A DNA stretch of 63,890 bases, the filler included. It is 10 parts of 10 records of this genome, joined end to end, with 100 filler letters (N's around TTAATTAATTAA, not from the genome) between each part and the next. Parts side by side here need not be neighbours in the genome. Positions count along the whole stretch, not along the records: positions 21,926 to 27,727 come from SRR15195285_1441; positions 27,828 to 34,687 come from SRR15195285_1443; 8 more parts are not named here. One strand, 5' to 3'. Position 1 is the stretch's first letter; every line of letters begins with the position of its first letter. The translations under genes were made by a program, and so were the position numbers. Of this stretch, positions 21,926 through 33,677 are shown one piece after another. The notes under the pieces were generated by a model, which did not search any database, was not told the origin of the DNA, and worked only from the letters and a program-made list of their open reading frames with translations.

Positions 21926-22576
21926 GACAGGACAGGTAATCAAAACTATGCATATTATTTATGAAGGCGTCGCTCACGCAAACTCGGAGCAGCTGTTCGG
22001 TGGCAAGTACTGGCATCCAAAATTTTCGCACTGCTCTTCGGTCACGTTCACAAAAGCCCATGGCACGTCCCCGAGCACGATCATCAGGTCGATACCATTG
22101 GTGACAAACCGGTCGAGACGGGAGTGGACCAGGTCGAAACGGTTGCGCAGGGAGCCGTCCGGCTGGCGCACGACAAGGTCGCACCAAATGCCGGTGCGGT
22201 CGACGCCAGCCGAAGGCTGCGACGGGTCGAGTCCGTCGGTGCAGTCGGAAGACGTCGCGAGGCTGAAATTGCTGACGCCACCGAGAAAGCGGACGGCGAC
22301 GTGCGTGTCGACGAACGGGGCTGTCATGTTGCCTTGTGGCTGCCACCGCGGCAGGATGGCCAGGTTCGGGTCGTCGTGCGCCCAGAGCACGTCGTTGGAA
22401 ATCATAGATAGGTCGGGATGTGGGCGGCTGCCATAGAAGCGCGTGAGCGGTTCCGGCAGCGCACGTGAGCAGCTCTTAGTGAACGCTGAGAACGGCACAG
22501 CGCCCGCCGTACCACTCCCACACAGCGCCATCAGCACCAGCTGTGGCAGAAGCGCCTTGATACTGATAGGGACCAT
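21926..22576 (-). CDS. Secreted glycoside hydrolase, GH39-like, N-terminal part (3' truncated at contig edge)
   Basis: Signal peptide, then VRFLGG, DLVVRQPDGSLRNRFDLVHSRLD and LMIVLGDVPWAF...PP, resembling the first half of a GH39-like TIM barrel. Confidence 0.55.
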
Positions 22577-23055
22577 ATTGGGCGGGGCGGCGCTCTCGGC
22601 GCGGCGAACGCGAACAAAGCGGTATACAGACAGCTACAGCCGTACTGCCTGAAGCGGATACGGAGTCCCGTGCTGGTCAGTATTACAACATCGGAATACA
22701 TATGCATGTAAGGCCGGGAGAGAGGCGGGAAAGAGCCGGGGCGCGCCGCCGTGCGCCGATCGATCGCGCTCGCGCGTGCATCAGGCTTCAGGGCGCGTGA
22801 AGCCTGATGCTCGGTAGATCAGCCGCGCGGTGATGCTCGGACGGAATACCGGCGCTTACCGGCGACGACGGCCCGGCGCCTGGCCGCGCGCGCGGCCGAG
22901 ATAGCGATCCCAAGATCCGCACGCGCGGTCGCAGCGCGACCTCGCGCAGACGATCGCCGCGTTCGTCGATCGCGGCGCGCGATAGATACGTATACCAGCA
23001 GGTACGTACCGCAGCGCACCAGTGCCCGCGTGCGCACCCGTGTGGGCTCCGCAGC

Positions 23056-26000
23056 ATGGATGGAGGCGGCAGCTCGCCCGATGACCATCGCGACGACGAG
23101 CTGGGTTCTAGCAGCTTCGAGCTACAGGATTTCCCTTATGCGCCGCAACAGGAAGAGGCCGAGCTTGCTACGGCGGCAGCATGGGCTTATGAAGATAGTG
23201 ACAACTCGGAGGCGCAGTTGGACGCAGCCCAGCTATTAGGGGACGCGATCGACACTGCGGCAGCGTCAACAACAGTCGCAGACACCCCGCAGCTTGCCCC
23301 ACCAGCCGTAAAGCGCCAACGTGGCGCGGAGCAACCGGCCGAGCCACACGACGCAGGTGCGCCCGGTGCTGGTGATATTGTGAAGGTAGGCTACGGTCGT
23401 CTGACGTTTGGCCAAGCCGAACAGCTACTACGCACCGATGCTCTTTGTTGCGCTGGGGAGCGTCCTGACTACCTCGCCACGGTGGGCTGGGCTTCGCTCG
23501 GGAATGTGTATAAGGACGCAGTCGAACGGCGAAGGAAAGGCATCGATCGTTGGCAGTGCAAGTACGGAAAGGGGTGTGTAACCGCAGCTACTGCCGACGG
23601 TCAGTGTATCATCAGGCGCTCATATGGTAAGATAAAGGTCATGCAGCAGGCGGCTGATGGTGATGAAGCAGAGCGGCCTCTCCCACCCGTGCTTAAATTT
23701 CACCAATTTACGCTTGAGCTACCCCCACGTGACGCTACCGCAGCAGGCGCCGGCACGGGCGGCAAAGGGCGTCAGGTCCGAGCACTTGTCACGTCGCAGA
23801 AGCTATTCCACCTGCTTGGCGCCAAGGAACAAGGTGAGCTCGACCCAGCAACGATTGATGCCGATGTATACCCAAGGCCGCTGTCGGCAGGCGACTCGAG
23901 TATGCACACATTCAAGGGCATGCTTCAACTAACCAACCCACAGCACCACAAGGGCGGTAGCAAAGGGACGCGGGCGTGGGTATCCTTCCATCGAGAAGGA
24001 CCACAGGGCGACTACGAGCAGCGGGGTTCCATCATTGATGGGAAACATGGTGCTCAATTTTCGTCAACATCTGGCGACTTTGCTGAATATCACCGCCGTT
24101 GTCCTGACGAGGAGCCATTCGTAGAAGGAGATGTAGTCGGACTGAACCCGTGGGTGCACTTTTCAATCACGTGCCCACTGATAGATAGATGTTCGTTGCT
24201 CCTGCCATCTATCTGATACTGTGTGCGAAACGTAGGGTTGGAATGCTAACGCGGCAGACTAGTGACAGTAGCGGCGTTTGGCAGCTAGGTGTCATAACCA
24301 GGCGCGCCGCTGTAGTTGGGAGTGAGCCGCCACAAAACATAGATCGAAGCGAGTTCGACACGATCGCATACGTTGGACGGGTTATCGTCCGGTTGCTCGG
24401 TGGCTGTGAGCCTGGTGATTATATCGTCCCAAGTGGGCGCCAAGATGGCACTGCGCGCAGTGCTAATGCTGCGACTAGACCCGTGCGAACAGTCGGACGG
24501 GCGTTGACCCGTTCTCCAGCGAACAAGGATAGCCTATCTGAATCCCTCGTCGAGATCAGCGTGATCGGCCCTAGTGACAGTGTGGACGCGCGACAGCAAG
24601 TTTTTGCTGTATCAAGCGTGGAACGCCGTCGTGTTCTCTTTTGTCTCCTGCTGTTGTGCTGTACCGTACTAGCACTGTGTCTGATTGGTGCTTCTCATGC
24701 GCGTGCTTCGGATATGGAAACTGGCACCACACATTTGCTTTCCTCGGGTGAGGACACGCCTCTTGTCGGTGCGGGATGCGAGGCTGTGCTTGTGTCAGCA
24801 TTGGCAAATCGGTTGTGCCGAGACTGCAAAGGGCACGATGCGATGGTGAAGTTCGCAGCAATGGAACCCGGTACAGCGCAATCGCTGTGCCCGAGGACCC
24901 ACTCGGGCAGCATGGTCAGAATCTGCGGTGGCGGTGGCCACTCTGCACTTCGTAGTGTTGAATCTGTTGATGGCGATGGAGACGATGGTGGGTCTGCTTT
25001 GCTATCAGACGGAAGCTTGGTCACTGGCATGTGCACACGTAAGGCGTGTCCGACCGAGACCTTTCCGCTTCTTCCGGCGGCTGCTTTGCATCAGTATCCA
25101 TCACAAGTTGAGCCATTGTGTATGGAGCGTGGGCTGTGCCAAGTTCAACTAGACGCAACACCTGAAGGCAGTGGCGCTGTGTCTATCCCATGCCCAACGA
25201 GTGAAGGAAGCCCGTTCTGGCCTGGGATGTTCACACGAGTCTGTGCTGCTGGCGAGGACCAATGGCAGCGACCAGCTGCTGGCTCTAGCAACGAGAGTAC
25301 CACTGGCGACTGCGAGTGGAGAACCTGCCCAAGTGGCTGTTTATCACTTACAAGATCCTCGATCGTCGCCCCCTTCGACGCTACGTTTCGTGCAAGTGTC
25401 AGTGGTGCAACTTGTCCAACTATGACGCAGGATTTGCACGCTTCACTGCCTGTGCCACAGTGGTCCATTCGCCAGGCACGGACACTGTACTGCTGCGAAG
25501 ACATGACCACGTCTGGTAGCTGTGCGAATCCGACTGCCGGACTCGGCTCTGTCGAGATGTACTGTGATGAGGAAGGTGTCTGGAAATACGTCACAGGGGG
25601 TTGCGAACCACCGTCCTCGCTGCAGCTTGCCATGGGCTATCAATCAAAATACTCAACTGCAAACGTTACGGCCCAGTCTGGCGAGCTGCATAAGCATGAG
25701 GCTCTCTGGAGCGCTTTTGCGAATGGGGTGGGCAGTGTGGCGAGTAAGGCCACAGGTGGTCGTTGGTTGATGCCAGCAACAGGCAGTCTCGGGCGACTGT
25801 ACATCTCATGGAGGGGTGGTGAGTGGCGGCACCTGTCGACACTCAAAAAGTTTTATTCGGGGATTTCGACCTCGGTCGGCAGCGATTTTGCAATTGATCA
25901 CACCGTTAGTATAGTGCATGGCTGGGGAATCGCTGGTCTAGCAAAGGTTGCATGCAAACAGATAGGCCTAGGTCCCGCGTACCTTGCCACGGTGCGTCTT

Positions 26001-26602
26001 GCTCCCCCGGCTTTACATTATGTTATTGTGGCCTCCTTAAGTTTATTCTTTCAATGCTTCTGCGGAAATGATCTGCTGGTCGCATGGGTGTACGTGCACC
26101 TCAGAATTGCAAGGGACTGCGTGGGCTCGTGGGAAGGAGTGGAGGCTTCAACGCCACCAACCTCGAGCGCGTGTGCCCGTCGGCCGCCACGAGTGCTTCC
26201 AGCCGCTGTGCGCAACTTCTCGGCGACACTGATGAGCGCGGTCGCAACGGCAACGACATGTTCACGGTGAATGGCTGGTACGATCGACCGTCGATTTGTA
26301 CGGGCAACGAGACCAACGTCGGCCAGTGCTACCGATACGAGCTTGCAAAAAAGAACTTCCCACCATCATCCAAGATCACCGTCGCATGCGACCAGCAGAT
26401 CGTGGTGGCATGTAGCAGTGTTACGGAGGAGGATGGACGAGGTGTGTGGATTGTCGGCGATGACACAAAAAACCACCCGGAGTACGCGTCGGAACCGTCC
26501 ATTCTGACGGAGACAGGCTATCGCGAGGGCTGCGCACTTGGCGTGTCTAGTGCAGCCTGCTGGGGCGCCAAGCTGCCGCGAATTGCATACGGGTCGGTGT
26601 GA
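23056..26602 (+). CDS. Multidomain type II membrane protein (about 1115 aa): putative CG-1-like DNA-binding domain + Peptidase_G2-like autocleavage/intramolecular chaperone domain + TM + HRM-like Cys repeats + SRCR-like domain; exons 23056-24149, 24236-25991, 26105-26602
   Basis: Two phase-compatible GT-AG introns join three ORFs. Autocleavage-like motifs: SGDFAEY..GDVVGL...GVIT...AYVGRVIVR...GDYIVPSG. TM: VLFCLLLLCCTVLALCLIG. SRCR-like: GRLYI...W...VACKQIG...CTGNETNVGQC...C...VAC. Confidence 0.8.
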
Positions 26603-26995
26603 ACGTTCTGCTAGCATTGATTGACGCATGGGAGAGATTCTGTGTTGTGTGAGTGTTGTGTAGTCCAGACAGAGGTAGAGGGTGTTCTTCAAGGAGGCAA
26701 GATCACCGTTGCCTAGGATCACGGAGTTGCGCCTAAACCGAGCTGAAGCTGACGGCATCGCCTTGACGTCTTGGATAGATTGATTGGCTAATAATTATGG
26801 TTGCACCCCCAAATACTTGCCGAAGTGTTCACAATCCCATGATTGAGCTTGCCACTCTGGCAGTGAAAATCAAAGATGTCGCATGCATAGATCTATCAAG
26901 CACGGGTTTGTATCACTATCATTCAGTGCCCTTTGTGTTTAATGCGCGTCTGCTTATGCGCGTCTGCTTACGTACTTACATGTGCGTACCACATG

Positions 26996-27727
26996 TTAGC
27001 TAACATGATGTCGTCGGTACACTAGCACCATTCGAACACTCGCCGAGATACCATGTTTCGTAGTGCTCACATGAAATTCAGCCCCATGCTCATTGCGGCA
27101 CACGTCATTGTCATGGCGCCTAGCGACGACAGTGCGCCTGAGGTCGTCGGCGGCGGCGGAGGCGGCGGCGGCGGCGGCTGAGAGGGGTACACGTGCACCA
27201 AGCCATCGGTAGTAAGGTGCGGTCACATGGGAAGCAAGCATACAGATGGGTAGTCGGGGGCGTACCGCAGGGGTAATGTCGCTTGGCCCCGCCGCGGCGG
27301 CGGCGGAGAGCACAGGTTCCATCCCAGCTTGGTCGAAAAGGCAAAGCGTTGCTTCAGCTTCACCATATGCAGCATTGTAAGAGCAAGCATCACTGAGCTC
27401 AGGGCACTCGGCCGGAGCTAGGTCCGAATCTACACTGCACACTCCCTCGAAAGGGTTTCCAGCACAATCTAAGCAATCAAAGGCAGCCCCAATGGCAGCA
27501 ACCACGTCTTGTTTTACTTGGCATCCTGCAAACATCATGCACGCTCAGCTATAATTATACACCTGGTTGCGCATGTGAGCGGCGGGGCTGGAGCACTGCA
27601 ACCAGTGGAGGCAAAGACGCACGACGTCCTTCGGGTTGGCTACCGTCCCAGGCACAAAAGTTCGCTATTGGCGTGCCGGAGGACTTGGATGGCACGGTTG
27701 TGGTTTCAGCACATCATCGGCTGACGC
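26996..27727 (-). CDS. Partial Cys-rich hypothetical protein (5' truncated at contig edge)
   Basis: Cys-rich reading frame (GCQVKQ...DCLDC...VCS...ECPELSDAC) flanked by plausible GT-AG introns. Boundaries are uncertain. Confidence 0.35.
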
Positions 27728-27827
27728 NNNNNNNNNNNNNNNNNNNNNNNNNNNNNNNNNNNNNNNNNNNNTTAATTAATTAANNNNNNNNNNNNNNNNN
27801 NNNNNNNNNNNNNNNNNNNNNNNNNNN
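27728..27827. other. Artificial contig-joining linker
   Basis: N44-TTAATTAATTAA-N44. Confidence 0.99.
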
Positions 27828-29655
27828 ATGAAGAGCACCGTTGACTCGAAGTACCATGTCTGAGTGATGGACACGGACCGCCGAGTGAGCAGCGGAGGCA
27901 CTGGAACTCGGTGAAGCATGATGTTGATCGTTCCAGCCGCCGCCGTTTCGGGGCTGTCTTTGTTTTTCTTGCGCGGGGGCTCCCAAGTCAATTCGATCGA
28001 GCATGGGCCTTCTTCGTCATTGCCATTCATCGTGTAATCTTGCTCAGGCAGCCGGTCGCCTTCAATTTGCACTTCAGCCGAGCCTATCAATACTTCCCTT
28101 GTTTTCTTCTTTTTTTCTACAATCACATCGTAGACTTCAATCTCGAGTACCTTAGAGCAATCGTACAGCACCCACCCTTCGAAGGGTTCGTTCCAGTCAG
28201 GGCTGGGGTCATCTTCAATCTTGCGCGTCACGGCGGTATACTTTCTGTGTGACTTCTCAGCCACATCTTCTGATCGAAGCGTTAGGACAGCATATCTACA
28301 CCCGTAACTGTTGGCCTTGGTGTCAACAATCCCAGACTTTAGGCCCTCTGCATCCACTATTTGTCCCTGCAGAGTCCCGACCGATAAGCCGCCCTTGCGC
28401 TTCAGTCCTCTCTGCTGCTCTTTCCAGTCCATGTCATCCATCATGGTGTACGCAAGATATGACAAGAACAGCTCAATGCACAGTGTCCCTAAGCAAATCG
28501 CTACGACATGAGGCCCCGCCAGTCCAATCTCGTTGTCAACCACAAACCGGAGGCAACCGACCAAGCTTTCGACGACCTCACACACAGTCTCGTTCGTGGC
28601 TGCTACAGTGTGACACATTGTCATATTGATGCTCACGTCAGGGGCTAATGAAACCGATGAGTTGCCGGCAGTCACCCCGTCCACGATTTCCGTGTCTGAC
28701 CCCAACAGCCCACCTGTAAGATTTCCACTCGCAGCGGCCGCGTCCTCAGGGTTCTCCGGCAGCGCCGAACGCCTCTCTTCGTTCTGCGCGCTGAAGCAAG
28801 CACAGATCTCGTCGATTGGTAGGTAGTCAGCACCCCACGGAAGCGAGCCAGTGCTCTCGCACACATCGCGGCCGGCGATTGTCACGCTCTGGATGTAGCC
28901 ATTTCGAATCACCCCGTTGTCTAAAATCATCACCACACACATGCTGACCTGCAGACTGACCGCGAGGACCAGCAGAAACGAGTAGAACTGCAGCTTGTTG
29001 CTGTTGCGCGCGCGCGCAGCTCGCCAACCGAGGTGCAGAACTGCTGGCAAGAAAAAGCTGACGACCAGCGCCACCACTGCCATCGAGTTCGGGACCAGGT
29101 AATATACCCACCCCATGAAAAGGAACCACAGGCTGTACACCGGCATCAGCACCAGTGTCGTCACCATGAATACCAAGTAGTGCAGTGTGCGCCTGCCTTC
29201 TCTCCGCTCGACGAGGTCGTCGAGATCGATGTCAGCCGAGGCTACTAGGTCAGGGTCCGCGTCTCGAAGCTTCGGTGTAGGCGTCTCGACGGGTGATGAC
29301 TCCTGGCCAGGCGAGTCACCGGCAGGCGGTGACCCCGCAGCCTCCGGGATGTCAACGCTCAGCCCAGGCCGCTGCAAACAAACGGTCGTGTCACAAGCGT
29401 GGGGCAACGCTGCGTCAGTAACGATGGTTCGGACCAAAGCAACCCCGGGAAGGGAGGTACCGGCTGCATCAGGCCGATCTGTCCAGCTTCAGGCGGCGTG
29501 GGGTGGCGCGGGCTGCGGGGCGACGCTGTGTGAGAGCGCACCGGACTGCTGTCCTCCATCTCGAACGTCTGTGGTGTCGTGGGTGTTGTGGGGCTCGCCA
29601 TGAAGGAGGCGCGCGGCCCACTCGCCAGCGGATTATCGAACTCCATTTCCCTCAT
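27828..29655 (-). CDS. Four-TM (tetraspanin-like topology) + C2-domain membrane protein, 3' truncated, possibly continuing into an ion-channel domain; intron 29460-29372
   Basis: Three close TM helices, a large Cys-containing loop with N-glycosylation sites, and a fourth TM. C2 domain: GTLQGQIVDAEGL...TRKIEDDPSPDWNEPF...LEIEVYD...LIGSAEV...GTINIML. The frame ends in ITQTWYFESTVLF at the contig edge. Confidence 0.75.
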
Positions 29656-31146
29656 CCCCTCCTCTGCCCCCCGATCCCTCTTCCCGCGCCTCATCCCCAG
29701 CCACCCAGCAGCTGGCCAGCCTCCCAGGGATAGGGCCAGCCGCCCAGCCAACAGCCAGAGACCCTCCTCCAGCTGGCTGCTGCTTTCGTGAACCGTTCAG
29801 TCCGCCGTGCCACGCAACTCACATCCCTCAGCCCGAGCTCACCACCCCCACCGACCGCTCACATCCCCGGGCGGAGCGACTCAGCCAGCCCGCCCTGTCA
29901 TCAGCACGGCTCGCATCCATCGCGCCTGCATCGCCAGAGCGCGGCTGCCATCGCCCGGGCCGTGCCCTGCCCGATCATCTCGCGAGCATCACCGGCCGCC
30001 CACCGGCCTACTCACACACGTATCAGGACCCCCATACTCTGTGTGTACTAGCTAGTACGTAGTAGTCCTAATGTACAGTACGCACCCAAGTTTGCGCACA
30101 AAGACTTTCGGTGCCGGTCTCGGGTCTGACGAGAAAAAGCGATTCGAGGTGATCGTCGAGGAGGGGTGCAGTTGATTTATCAGTGAGGTTCCACTGCTCC
30201 CAACGAATCCAAGCCAGCGTGTGAGCTGTTCATGACCAACACCCGAACGGGCTGTGGGGTCCACACCTTCCACCTGGAGCAAGTTGTCAAGGAGGTCGGT
30301 TGTCATTCATGCTTCGCAAAATCAAGCACAGCGGTAATTGCTTTGGATTTTTGTGCAGTCTGGATTGGAAAATAGGATCGTTGATGGCAAGATGTAGATC
30401 TACTCTGCAATAAGTTCTTGTACGGGGCATTCGGATTGATCACGAATGGCATCGTCGGGAGGAGGGTTGGCCAAAAGAAACTCGGACGAGGATGATCCGC
30501 CCGCTCGTTGAGTTTGTTTGTGGAACTTCTGCGTGTTCCACCTGTGTTGAAATGCGTTTGGGTAACAATCCAAGAACAACGAGCCGCACTGTTCGATTGC
30601 TACTCAGCGGAATACGAATAGAACGGTACTCCTCGTTCTGCAGCGTGGTCCTCAGCAGCCTCACGCGTGATCCTGACGTGACTCGTAGCTACTATCAAAC
30701 TACGGTACTATGTAGTACTGGTACGAGTTTGTGTACTGTACACGACGAGGACGCAGGTCGACGCGGTGACTCCCGACAAAACTGATCCAACACTTTTAGA
30801 TGAATACCGGCGCTCGAATTCGACGAACCGGAATGTATCGGAATGTGCATCCTTGAATCCCCGGAATGAAACAACAAATTCCGTACTCATTTCCCCCTTA
30901 CTTTCGACGATTTGTCCTGAGTACCATTCGATTTTCAACGAGTTTGTAGCGGTCAGTGCCATTCTGCGATGATATGACAAAATCCGTAGTTATTTGAGTA
31001 TGAAATATTGATTTAAATTATTGCAAGTACGAGTTTATCCAGTCTGCCCGAACCGAACGTGAGGCGTTGAGGCGCTGGTGGTGGTGGTGGTGGTGGCGAG
31101 GAGGGAGCGCGACGGCGATCTGCTTGGGGTGGCGGCAGTCCCGGCG

Positions 31147-33526
31147 ATGGCGGAGAGCGCGGAGATCTCAGAGGATGATGTGAGTGTCCGCTTGCGTGTG
31201 CTTTTAGGGTTGCTGGGTGGTGCGGCTGCGGAATGTGGCGGGTGAGCGAACGTGGGGGGGGAGGGGGTCATCACGTGTAGCGTTTGGCTGACGTGGGATG
31301 GGTGCGGGCGTTGCAGATCGCGCAGCTGAAGGCGAACTGCACGGTGTTCATCATGAAGCTCAGCCAGGCTGGTGGCTGGACGGACCTGCAGCGGCAGTCG
31401 ACGCTCGGCATAGGTGACGAGGCGACGTTTCGCGCCGAGGCGGATGAGATCCTCGGCAGGTGCATGCTGTTCGGCAGCACGCTCCTCGCGCAGTTTCGCT
31501 GGGGGGACGCCAAGCTGTTCTACCAGCTCGCGCTGAAGATTGACCCGACGCACGATGGAGCCATGGAGGGCTACGAGAAGGCCTGCGACAACGCGATCCT
31601 CAACAACGGCGAGGAAGATGCCAGCGTCGTGGTCTACACGATCGTACACGAAGCGCAGGTCGCGGACGACGGCAAGAGCCGGTTCTACAGGGTCGAGGTA
31701 TTTGACAAGCGCAAGGTTTCGGCTACCCACGCCATCAACGAGCCTGTCTCCATCGTCAAGCGCCGGTACTCCCACTTTGACAAGCTGCGAAAGCGGGTGA
31801 GTCCGCTCCCTCCCTCCCCCCGCGCCTCCCGGCACCGGCCCTGCCCGCCGGTCTTCTCACAGGTGCCGTTCGGCGTTGCGGTGGGGCCCAGCTCACCAAG
31901 GAGTTTGGCAAGCCCGTGGCAAGTCTGGAATTTCCCAAGAAGACGGTGTCAGTGAAAGGCACCTCGATAGGCAAGAAAAACAAAGGCGCAGAAGAGGAAC
32001 GACGGGCTCTGTTCAACACGTGGCTCAACGCTGTGCTGCTAATGCCAGATGTCATGGAGTTCCAAGAGATGAAGGTGTGGCTTGGCCTCGAGAAAGCAAC
32101 CAAGGTCAGCCAGTGCCCACATCATCATCCGTGCGCTTGCCGCATCCGCATGGCGCGTGGCACATTTGCAGCGTCTGACTGGTTGCTGTTCCTAATCCAT
32201 CAGGACTCTAAATTTGCGTCGCTTGAGGACGACGACGACCTAGCAGCAGGAGGTGACAAGAGTGAGCAAGAGGATGCGCAAAAGGAGGTGGAGAGACTGA
32301 AGACAGCGATGGCAGACAAGCGTTCATTCGGCGTGGAGCCTACTGCAGAAGAAATGCAAGCTCTTATGGACGCGCAAATGAAAGCCGCAGGCTTGCAGGA
32401 TGATCTCGGAATGCCACCGAGCAGTCCGTCGCCTAGACCGTCAGATGTAGCCGGGGGACTGACACCCCGTGAAGAGGACGAGCCAACCAGTACACTGGAG
32501 CCAGAGCCAGAGCCGGAGCCGGCAGCGCATCCGGCCCCAGCGGGGAAGTTAGAGGGCAAACACCTGCATGGCAGCGTGAACGATGTGGTCCTCATGTCGA
32601 CGAACATGCTTGTGTCGTGTGGTGACGACAAGACGCTCCATCTGTGGGACTTGGACAAGCGCGACAAGATTGCCCACATCGAGAATGATCGCATTATTCG
32701 TGTTCTGGCACGGGTATCAGACACGGTAGTAGCTTCGGGGAACGCTGACAATAGCATCAAGCTGTGGAACTTGTCGACAACAGAGGAAGGACTCAAGTGG
32801 TCTAAGAGAGCCAGGCAGATGTCAATATTGGCGGGTCACACCGGGGAGGTAGCTGCGCTTTGTGCGGTGACAGACACTATCATCGCGAGTGGCTCCTTGG
32901 ACAAACTGATCAAGCTCTGGGACATTGAGACTGGCGAGTGCATTCTGCAGCTCGAAGGCCACGAAGATGTGGTGCACGCGCTGACTGTTGTCTCGCCGGG
33001 AGTGCTGGCTAGTGCTTCTGGCGACAACACGATCCGACTGTGGAGCATCGACGGTGAGGACAAGGGCACTTGCACACGCACGCTTGATGGCGGGGAGCAC
33101 CCTGTTCTGGCGCTGTGCCGCATGAGCGACACGCAGTTCGCGTCTGGCGGTGCAGATATGGCCGCCCGAGTGTGGGACCTCGCGCAGGACCACAGCCATC
33201 CGGTTGTCTCGACCTTCAAGTCCCACACCTCGTCGATTACAGCGATGACTGTGCTCCAGAGGAGCAGCAAACCCGATGGGGTCGATGAGGTTGCTGAAGG
33301 CGGCGAAGCAGAACTCTCCACAGCATCTATCCTCGTTACAGGTTCGGCTGATATGACGATCAAGCTCTGGGATCTCTCCACCCAGAAGCTGCTGGGAACG
33401 TTTGGCGGACCTTCGCCTGACTCAGGCATCAACTACACGGTAACGGGTCTGACGCCGATCGACGAGAACTCTTTTGCGAGCTGTGCCGATCTTGTAAAGC
33501 GATGGACGCTCAGCACGTCGAAGTAA
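31147..33526 (+). CDS. TPR-like + PX + WD40-repeat protein; introns 31180-31316, 31797-31891, 32105-32203
   Basis: TPR-like AKLFYQLALKIDP. After splicing, PX motif FYRVEV...VKRRYSHFDKLRKRL...LEFPKK...EERRALFNTWL. Seven GH...WD-type repeats (SCGDDKTLHLWD, SGSLDKLIKLWD, etc.). Confidence 0.88.
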
Positions 33527-33677
33527 ATCGAAAATATCAATTTCGTCACCATCTGTGTATGGCATAGAGACTCAGAATGAGAGAGTGTCATTATTCGCAC
33601 GTCTGAACCTTCTGCGCGCGGCACCTTTTGACTCCTATGTACACGCGGCAACATGTAGGTGCACCGGTGAACTGCAA

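Noticed and set aside
30050-31030. Short ORFs in the divergent intergenic region
   Set aside because: Fragmentary, with no domain signal. Cannot be supported as a gene or a named element.
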